Part shown: in pieces, positions 42,587 to 49,385 of the stretch | How positions within the stretch are numbered: the stretch's first letter is position 1 | Layout: each line of letters begins with the position of its first letter | NCBI GenBank assembly: GCA_944393235.1 | Contig: CALXZJ010000003.1 | Span: forward strand, 4,291 to 68,290 | Direction: 5' to 3' | DNA length: 64,000 nt | Source of the DNA: an uncultured Alphaproteobacteria bacterium | GTDB lineage: Bacteria > Pseudomonadota > Alphaproteobacteria > RF32 > CAG-239 | The notes under the pieces: model-generated | Told to the model about the DNA's origin: nothing | What the model saw: the letters and a program-made list of their open reading frames with translations, nothing else | Databases searched by the model: none | Translations under genes and position numbers: made by a program

Positions 42587-42836
42587 AGCGGCTTGACCGA
42601 ATGGTGGTTTGGAGTTGCAAGGAAGCTTTCTGCGTATCTGTCTCATTCTTTGCGCTTCTTGTGTAAAAAGGGGTTCGGCGTATCTGACGCGTTATCCGAA
42701 CTTTTTAAGCGGCTTGTTCGGAGGGTGGCTTGAAGTTGCAAGGAAGCTTTCTGCATATCTGTCTCATTCTTTGCACTTCTTGTGCAAAAAGGGGTTCGGC
42801 GTATCTGGCACATTATCCGAACTTTTTAAGCGGCTT
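42555..42836. repeat. 121-bp tandem repeat (about 2.3 copies)
   Basis: 40-mer cggcgtatctgacgcgttatccgaactttttaagcggctt at 42555, 42676 and (variant) 42797; intervening 81-bp segments nearly identical. Confidence 0.9.
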
Positions 42837-42864
42837 ATTTGTGCTGATGTTTTGAGATGTATTT

Positions 42865-43833
42865 TTATTTAAAGTTGATATGCATGTATAAGGAACCTTC
42901 TTCAATGACATGGGCACAAGCGTTTCGAATTTGGTTTAAGGTTGCTGTTTGAAGTGTTTTATTATTGTCGGTATTATGAAAATAATAGTTGGCTCCTTTT
43001 GAACTCCATATTCTGAGCGTTGTAACATTTTCATATTCTTTGGCATGGTTAATGATGCTTTGACAATAGAATATTTCTGTTTCCCGGTTGTTTAAATTTC
43101 TGGCATTTATGCTGAAAGTTCTGGTTTGTCCATTGCCGATTTCGGAGACAGCCATTTCGTGGCCCAGTTTGTCATAAACATGATTAAGGACGTTCTTTTT
43201 TATCATATCGCCGGGGATGAGATTCATTTTTATAAAATACGGAATATAACCAACTGATGATGTGTGTGAGGATTTAAATTCGTCTTTATATTCATTTGCC
43301 AGATATATTATATAAAATGTTTGTTCCAAACTTTTATTAAGCCGATATTTCATCATGGCTTTAGAGTAACCGGCAATCGCGCCGACGCTTAAAACGCCGA
43401 TAATAGCCAGCACGCCGAGCATCTCCACCATAGAACGACCGCATAACGGCACATCTGCTTGCCTTCTTCTCGCTCGTGTACTATTTTTGTACACGTCGCT
43501 CAAACAAGGCTGCGCATCTGCACCCTTCTTCGGTCGTTCACCTCTTGTGCATAGAGCCGCATCTACTTGCAACTTTTCTCCTCGTGTACCTAATGTTGTA
43601 CACGTCGTCGAAAAGTTACGGCGTATCTGCAGCCCTCTGCGCAAGAATGAAAATAAGAAGGAAATCGCGTATAATGGCACATCTAAAGCGCTTTTACGCG
43701 AAGTCGGAAAATTCACGTACGTCTTTTGTACGCTAGGATTTTCCTCCTCGCTAGAAGGCACTTTATCTGCACCATTCTCCGCAATTTCGTTGTGAGCAGG
43801 TGAAGAGGATTTGAAAAAATTGAATAAATTCAT
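42865..43833 (-). CDS. Type IV pilin-like protein with a repeat-derived leader of about 132 aa
   Basis: G|RSMVEMLGVLAIIGVLSVGAIAGY class III signal (Glu+5), two Cys in the mature domain; AGGAG RBS before the ATG at 43833. Confidence 0.8.
   Translation of the reverse strand: MNLFNFFKSSSPAHNEIAENGADKVPSSEEENPSVQKTYVNFPTSRKSALDVPLYAISFLFSFLRRGLQIRRNFSTTCTTLGTRGEKLQVDAALCTRGERPKKGADAQPCLSDVYKNSTRARRRQADVPLCGRSMVEMLGVLAIIGVLSVGAIAGYSKAMMKYRLNKSLEQTFYIIYLANEYKDEFKSSHTSSVGYIPYFIKMNLIPGDMIKKNVLNHVYDKLGHEMAVSEIGNGQTRTFSINARNLNNRETEIFYCQSIINHAKEYENVTTLRIWSSKGANYYFHNTDNNKTLQTATLNQIRNACAHVIEEGSLYMHINFK
43433..43788. repeat. Three in-frame palindromic elements (B 43433-43539, C 43543-43646, D 43661-43788) inside the pilin leader
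   Basis: Each has catct...atctg and a central gtac-N7/8-gtac hairpin; C shares catctacttgcaa and cggcgtatctg with element A. Confidence 0.8.
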
Positions 43834-43878
43834 AAAAAAGACTCCTAAGAAAAGCCAAAGAACATATACTTGCCCGTC

Positions 43879-43905
43879 ATTCTAAACCGTTTTTTTTTTT
43901 TTCAA
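43879..43905 (-). promoter_or_regulatory. Pilin promoter with an A13 tract in the -35/-10 spacer
   Basis: Minus strand TTG-A13-CGGTT-TAGAAT = TTGAAA-N15-TAGAAT. Confidence 0.6.
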
Positions 43906-43965
43906 TTTTAAAGAGTCTGGTGGGGATAAGTTTCTACTGTTACTTTATCATCATGCCCCAATCCT

Positions 43966-44167
43966 CGTCACCCCATGAGCCGACAACGTCGGCGAATTTA
44001 GGGGTCTCTTCCTATACATGCGACAGACGCCTAACCTCGAGTGCTAAAGCACTCTCAGGGCGTGACAGGAAAGGGGTAAATTGTGTGGTAGACGCCTTAA
44101 CCACCGCGCTATCGCGCGGCGGTGGCGTGACGGGGAAGGAAATCGTGTGGTGGTGGCGTGACGGGGA
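43966..44167. repeat. Cluster of CGTC-type REP-like hairpins
   Basis: cgtcacccc...ggggtct followed by opposite-orientation agacgcc...ggcgtgac units (44025, 44090) and a partial copy at 44152; internal hairpins. Confidence 0.65.
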
Positions 44168-44345
44168 GGGGAAGCGCACTCTTGAGCGTGTGAAGGAAAA
44201 GAGAATCGTGCAGAGGTGGGTAATGGAGAAAAGAGGGACATTTATCTTAAAATATTAATTGGTACAAAATGGTATTGATTGATTAAGCAAGATAAAATTT
44301 GACAAAAACAATATTTTTGCTAAACTTAAACAAAGGAGTTTGAAG

Positions 44346-44594
44346 ATGAATAGCCATAAGGTTGTAAAAAAAGCTGCCGGCGGCATTTTTGGCAGTGCCG
44401 GTTATGTGCTTAAGCTTGCCGAGAGAAATTTGAGCGTTGCTGAAATTGTTTTGAATGGTGCTAGAAATATGGCGGATGGCTTTGTCAAGGCTCCGGAATT
44501 TGGTGTTGGCAAGGCTGCTTTTGATATGACCCAAAAAAGTGTGTCAACTTTGGCGAAAAAGTTTATGAAATATAGTAAAAGGATTGCCAGATAA
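44346..44594 (+). CDS. Hypothetical protein
   Basis: AAGGAG RBS, TTGACA promoter upstream, TAATG overlap with the next gene. Confidence 0.6.
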   Translation: MNSHKVVKKAAGGIFGSAGYVLKLAERNLSVAEIVLNGARNMADGFVKAPEFGVGKAAFDMTQKSVSTLAKKFMKYSKRIAR

Positions 44595-44902
44595 TGGAAC
44601 ATGAAAATGATTATCAGGTTATTATTACCCATGAAGGGACTTTGGTTTTTTTGATTAAAAGCCGTGTGCATGAACCGGATAAGCCGTTTATTTTATATGA
44701 CGGCGGCGATCATGCTACATTTTACCGACGCGAAAATGAAACAATTTTATTAGATTATTTAAATGAAAAAGTTGTTTCTTATTTGCAAAATTCTGAATAT
44801 GTGGTCGTATTTGAGCTTGATGATGATTTGGAAGATGTCTTTCGTGACTATGAAGTTTATGTAAAACATATTAAAAAAAATGTATTTACGGATAGCTTAT
44901 AA
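44594..44902 (+). CDS. Hypothetical protein
   Basis: 102-aa ORF, translationally coupled to the upstream gene, followed by a terminator. Confidence 0.65.
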   Translation: MEHENDYQVIITHEGTLVFLIKSRVHEPDKPFILYDGGDHATFYRRENETILLDYLNEKVVSYLQNSEYVVVFELDDDLEDVFRDYEVYVKHIKKNVFTDSL

Positions 44903-44915
44903 AACAGTAAAAAGT

Positions 44916-44949
44916 AAAAAAAAATCGGCTTAATTGCCGATTTTTTTTT
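44916..44949. terminator. Bidirectional terminator
   Basis: A9-tcggc ttaatt gccga-T9 between convergent genes. Confidence 0.8.
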
Positions 44950-46288
44950 ACTTTTGTTTGGATTTTTTTACATATTTTAGCAAAGGATTAAGTTGTTGAT
45001 TGGGTGATGAATTATACTTTGCAAGTATATTATCTAACTGTTGCATTTTTTCTTTGTCATTTTGTTGTTCATAAATAGGTCTTAAATTATGGGCTATTTT
45101 TTGTAGCAAAATTCTTTTGCGGGGTTTGGTGATGCGTCTTGATTTATCAGCTTCTTTCAAAGCCTGTTCCAGATAAGGCAAGCTTAACTCTTTATTTTGG
45201 GCGGCAATTTTTAATAACGTGTAGCAACGTTCTTCTCCATGCAAAAACTTCATGGCAATTAGAGTTTCCGTTTCAGTCCATTCTTGTATTTTGTGCTGTC
45301 TTAACTGCAATTTGGCAATATGTTGCAGTAAACCTAGCTTCTCGGGTTCTTTAGCGTATGATAAAGCTTGTTGATAGTGAAGCTCGGCTTGTTCCATGTC
45401 TTCGTTTTGGGTGTCACGGAAACCAGTCGGGCGATAGTTTTCAAGATAACATTCTGCCAAAGCTAGGTTTGTTTTATATAAGTCATTTGTTGTTTCTGCA
45501 GCGCTAAGTGCACGGCGATATGCGCTTAAGATGGTTTCTTTGTCGGTTAAACTGTTGCCGAAGCGGTTAAGGCAATAGTTGATACGTTTGTAATCAGAGG
45601 TGTATTCCAAAACCTTTTTTAAGCATTCTTTTTCGGCATTGTTTTGGTTTTGTTTGTATTCTTCTTTTTCACCTAACAGAACACGGTGGATAATGGATAT
45701 GTTGTAATATCCGGCTGCACGTTGTTCAAAATTTAAATATGGTGTGATGTCTTCAAATTTTTCTTGAATGCGATTGGCTTGAAAGGAAGTCATGCTTTTT
45801 TGTAAACCACCATTTAAAAAGTTGGTAATCTCACTTTGAACATCGCACACATTTTTGGCCAGTATAAGTTCGGGAATTTGGGAAAAACGAATGTCAAGCT
45901 CGTTTAACATATTGCTGCTTATTTCAGTAAGTTCTTCATCACTGTTTTGATATGATGGAAGATCTGCAAAATATAAAAGCAGGGAATATGCTTTGGGCAA
46001 GTTTTCATCTAAAGCGGTATTGATAATTGATTTTGAACCATAATTTAAACAAGCTTCCTGAAATTTTGGATCGTTGGAATGTATTTGAAAGGTGCCGTTG
46101 CCTAAATTTTTAAGATTGGTAGCGGTGTTGGAAATGATTTCAGCTAAAAGTTCATTGGCTTCAGGTTGCGTTATGAAATAATTATATATTTTTAATGCAA
46201 TTTTTTCTCTGGACGCCATAGGGGCTGGAAGATGTTTTAATGGTTCGCCGTATTTGTTAACCAGTTGTTTTTTCGTGTCGTTTGACAT
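44948..46288 (-). CDS. Hypothetical TPR-like helical repeat protein
   Basis: LALAECY...AELHYQQALSYA, YLEQAL motifs; ATG at 46288 with AAGGAG. Confidence 0.65.
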   Translation of the reverse strand: MSNDTKKQLVNKYGEPLKHLPAPMASREKIALKIYNYFITQPEANELLAEIISNTATNLKNLGNGTFQIHSNDPKFQEACLNYGSKSIINTALDENLPKAYSLLLYFADLPSYQNSDEELTEISSNMLNELDIRFSQIPELILAKNVCDVQSEITNFLNGGLQKSMTSFQANRIQEKFEDITPYLNFEQRAAGYYNISIIHRVLLGEKEEYKQNQNNAEKECLKKVLEYTSDYKRINYCLNRFGNSLTDKETILSAYRRALSAAETTNDLYKTNLALAECYLENYRPTGFRDTQNEDMEQAELHYQQALSYAKEPEKLGLLQHIAKLQLRQHKIQEWTETETLIAMKFLHGEERCYTLLKIAAQNKELSLPYLEQALKEADKSRRITKPRKRILLQKIAHNLRPIYEQQNDKEKMQQLDNILAKYNSSPNQQLNPLLKYVKKSKQK

Positions 46289-46356
46289 CAAAATCTCCTT
46301 AAATTTTCCGTAATTTGGCTTTATTTTGCCATTTTTGTACATATTTGTCAATAAAA

Positions 46357-46384
46357 ATAATCTCCGCAAAGTGGCGGAGATTAT
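46357..46384 (-). terminator. Intrinsic terminator after ferritin-like gene
   Basis: ataatctccgc aaagtg gcggagattat with a minus-strand T-tract. Confidence 0.65.
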
Positions 46385-46407
46385 AAAATATGCTGATTTT
46401 TTTGATT

Positions 46408-46908
46408 TTATTTATAATGTTTTTTAGTCAAAGCCATATCTTTTAAGAAGTCTTCCATTTCTTGTTCATGCTCAAGTTCTTCTTTTAAGATATGGGCAGA
46501 TATACGGAAAGTTTCATAATCTTTGCCGAAACATAAGTCGCAGATGTTTTGATAACGACCGATGGCGCAGCGTTCGGAAGCCAGATTTTGAGCAACGAGC
46601 GTGGCGGTATCTTCTTCATGCGGCGCTTCATATTTGCATTTGGCGAGTTTGCTCCAATCATCGGGGCTTAATACCGGCGTATCTCCTAATTGAATAATTC
46701 GTTCTGCCAACATATCGGCATGTTCAAGTTCTTCTTTGGCATGTTCGACAAATTCTGCAACGATTGAGGTTCGCATCTGACCAGCGGCAAGTTTGGCTCC
46801 CAGCCAGTATTGATAATATGCCAGCCATTCTTCGGCATAAGCTTCGTTTAAGGCTTGTGTGAGCTCGCTTAAATCGGTTTTGATAATTTTTTGTGCGGTT
46901 TCAGCCAT
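46408..46908 (-). CDS. Ferritin-like DpsL/bacterioferritin-related protein
   Basis: LNEAYAEEWLAYYQYW, EELEHA.MLAERIIQLG, ERCAI, EELEHE diiron motifs. Confidence 0.87.
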   Translation of the reverse strand: MAETAQKIIKTDLSELTQALNEAYAEEWLAYYQYWLGAKLAAGQMRTSIVAEFVEHAKEELEHADMLAERIIQLGDTPVLSPDDWSKLAKCKYEAPHEEDTATLVAQNLASERCAIGRYQNICDLCFGKDYETFRISAHILKEELEHEQEMEDFLKDMALTKKHYK

Positions 46909-47049
46909 TTTTTCCTCCTTGTTTTGTAATTGCGGTTTATAGGTATGTGTGTTTTTTGGAAAATCAATTGTAAGATTTTAAAAAATTTTACCGGAGTTTA
47001 AGTTTTCTACTTTATACTTTAATTATAGTCATGTCAGAAAGGGGGTAAA

Positions 47050-47685
47050 ATGGTTTTGATTGCACCTAGTATACTGGCTGCTGATTTTGGCAGGCTGCGT
47101 GAAGAGGTGGCGGCTTTGGAAAAGGCCGGTGCCGATTTGCTGCATTGCGATGTGATGGATGGGCAGTATGTTCCGAATTTGACTTTTGGCCCGGCGGTGC
47201 TTAAAAGTATTAGACCTTATACCAAGCTTGATTTTGATGTGCATTTGATGGTGCAAAATCCTGATAAAATGCTTGCGTGGTTTGCTGATGCCGGTGCTGA
47301 TATTTTGACCGTTCATGCTGAAGCTTGTCCGCATCTTGACCGGACGTTGGCGGAAATCAAATCTTTGGGTTTGAGAGCCGGCGTTTCACTCAATCCATCA
47401 ACGCCAGAAAAAGTTTTGACTTATGTTTTGGATAAGGTTGATCAAATATTGGTGATGACGGTTAATCCGGGGTTTGGCGGTCAGAATTTTATTCCGGCAC
47501 AACTTAATAAGATTGCTCGTGTTAAAGAAATGACTAAAGGGCGTCATATTAAAATAGAAGTTGATGGCGGCATTAACCCGTTAACGGCGGCGGAATGTAC
47601 GGCGGCAGGTGCTGATATTTTGGTGGCAGGAACGGCGGTTTTTGCCGGTAAGGATTATAAGAAAAATATAGAGGCTCTGCGTTAG
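47050..47685 (+). CDS. rpe: Ribulose-phosphate 3-epimerase
   Basis: [31 protein letters not shown]. Confidence 0.97.
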   Translation: MVLIAPSILAADFGRLREEVAALEKAGADLLHCDVMDGQYVPNLTFGPAVLKSIRPYTKLDFDVHLMVQNPDKMLAWFADAGADILTVHAEACPHLDRTLAEIKSLGLRAGVSLNPSTPEKVLTYVLDKVDQILVMTVNPGFGGQNFIPAQLNKIARVKEMTKGRHIKIEVDGGINPLTAAECTAAGADILVAGTAVFAGKDYKKNIEALR

Positions 47686-47711
47686 TTTGTGATGTGTTTG
47701 GGAGAAGAGCA

Positions 47712-48413
47712 ATGGCGACAGTTATGGTGGTGGAAGATGAAGAAGCATTAGCCTTGCTGCTAAAGTATAATTTGGAAAAAGAAGGCTATGAAGTTGTTGT
47801 CGAATCGCGCGGAAATCGAGTTTTGGGGCAGGTTGAAAAATATTGTCCGTCGGTTATTTTGCTTGATTGGATGTTGCCGGAATTGTCGGGCGTGGATATA
47901 TGCAAACTTATCCGCTCCAAACCGGATATTAAAAATATTCCGATTATTATGCTGACGGCTAAAGGACAAGAAGAAGATAAAATCAAAGGTTTGTCAGCCG
48001 GTGCCGATGATTATGTTACCAAACCGTTTTCAGTTCCGGAATTGATGGCGCGGGTTAAAGCAAACTTACGCCGTGCACCGGAAATTTCCACAGTTAAAGA
48101 ACTTTTTTTTGAAGATATTCGTATGGATTTGGTCGCAAAAAAAGTTTTCAGAGGCGAAAATTATGTTCATCTCGGTCCGACGGAGTTTCGGCTGCTTAAG
48201 ATGTTGATGGAATCTCCGGGAAAAGTTTTTTCACGCGAGATTTTGTTAAAAACCGTTTGGGGTGATAATATTTATGTGGAATCGCGAACGGTGGACGTGC
48301 ATATTCGTCGTTTACGAAAGTCACTTAATGAATACGGGGCGGATTATATACGTACCGTACGCGCTACCGGCTATTCTATTGATAATCATCAGCCGGCTGA
48401 TGAGGAAAATTAA
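47712..48413 (+). CDS. phoB: PhoB-like OmpR-family response regulator
   Basis: LLDWMLPELSG, HLGPTEFRLL, VWG.NIYVE.RTVDVHIRRLRK. Confidence 0.85.
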   Translation: MATVMVVEDEEALALLLKYNLEKEGYEVVVESRGNRVLGQVEKYCPSVILLDWMLPELSGVDICKLIRSKPDIKNIPIIMLTAKGQEEDKIKGLSAGADDYVTKPFSVPELMARVKANLRRAPEISTVKELFFEDIRMDLVAKKVFRGENYVHLGPTEFRLLKMLMESPGKVFSREILLKTVWGDNIYVESRTVDVHIRRLRKSLNEYGADYIRTVRATGYSIDNHQPADEEN

Positions 48414-48450
48414 ATAATATTATGGCTCATTTGCTGACGCGGGGCTTATG

Positions 48451-49044
48451 TTAAAGCGGCTTGCGGGAATTGAGCGCCAATTGAATGGTACCGTCGTCCA
48501 TGTAGTCCAGCTCGGCGCCAACCGGTATGCCCTGCGCCAAAGTGGTTATTTTGACCGGCATATCTTTTAATCGGCTTAATAAATAATGTGTCGTGATTTG
48601 TCCGTCCACGGTTGCCGGAAGCGCCAGTATCACCTCTTCAATTTGTTCATCTTTAATGCGGGCGGGAAGACTTTCCATATTTAAATCTTCCGGAGTGATG
48701 CCCTCCAGAGCAGAAAGAACGCCACCCAAGACATGATATTTCCCTTTATAAAAACCAACACGTTCCATCGCCCATAAATCTGCGACATCTTGCACTACGC
48801 ACAATGTTTTACCGTCACGGGATGCAGAAGAACATATGGAGCAGGGCGATTGCGTGTCAAAGTTGCCACACGTTTCGCAGGTTTTGATATTTTGCGCCAC
48901 ATCCTGCAAAGCGGCAATCAGCGGCAAAAGTTGTTCGTCGCGCTTTTTTAAAAGTTGTAGCACAATCCGACGGGCAGAACGCGTCCCTAATGCCGGCAGT
49001 TTGGCAACCGCCTTAATCAGTTTTTCAATTTCTTTTCCGGCCAC
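48451..49044 (-). CDS. recR: Recombination protein RecR
   Basis: HhH, C4 zinc finger, YHVLGG Toprim. Confidence 0.96.
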   Translation of the reverse strand: MAGKEIEKLIKAVAKLPALGTRSARRIVLQLLKKRDEQLLPLIAALQDVAQNIKTCETCGNFDTQSPCSICSSASRDGKTLCVVQDVADLWAMERVGFYKGKYHVLGGVLSALEGITPEDLNMESLPARIKDEQIEEVILALPATVDGQITTHYLLSRLKDMPVKITTLAQGIPVGAELDYMDDGTIQLALNSRKPL

Positions 49045-49061
49045 TTTGTTTGTCCTTAAGG

Positions 49062-49382
49062 CTAAAACGGAATTTTTAAGCCGCCGAAGTTTAGACCGCC
49101 GGTTGCTTCTTTCAAGCCTTCTTCCTGCATGGCTTCAATTTTTTGGTGAGCGTCATTATAAGCCGCCATAATCAAATCTTCCAAAACATCGCTTTCATCA
49201 GCAACAATCAGCGATTTATCAATGGAAATTTTTTTCATTTCCGAGCGGCCGTTTAAAGTGATTTTGACCAGTCCGCCGCCGCTTGTGCCTTCACGTTCTT
49301 CGTCACCTAAACGATTTTGGGTTTCTTGCATTTTCTTTTGCATCATTTGTGCTTGTTTCATTAAACCTTGAATGTTCATCAT
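49062..49382 (-). CDS. ybaB: YbaB/EbfC nucleoid-associated protein
   Basis: MKQAQ.MQ, SGGGLV, LEDLI.AA.NDA. Confidence 0.94.
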   Translation of the reverse strand: MMNIQGLMKQAQMMQKKMQETQNRLGDEEREGTSGGGLVKITLNGRSEMKKISIDKSLIVADESDVLEDLIMAAYNDAHQKIEAMQEEGLKEATGGLNFGGLKIPF

Positions 49383-49385
49383 TGT

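Noticed and set aside
42555-42836. CRISPR array (40-nt repeat x3)
   Set aside because: The 81-bp intervening segments are nearly identical, so this is a tandem duplication; no cas genes in the window
42542-42872. ORFs 42542-42733 and 42609-42872
   Set aside because: Translations of the tandem repeat with no evident RBS
42865-43432. Diversity-generating retroelement or shufflon acting on the pilin
   Set aside because: No reverse transcriptase, TR/VR pair or invertase seen in the window
43920-44258. ORFs over the REP cluster
   Set aside because: Composed of hairpin repeats, with no protein-like features
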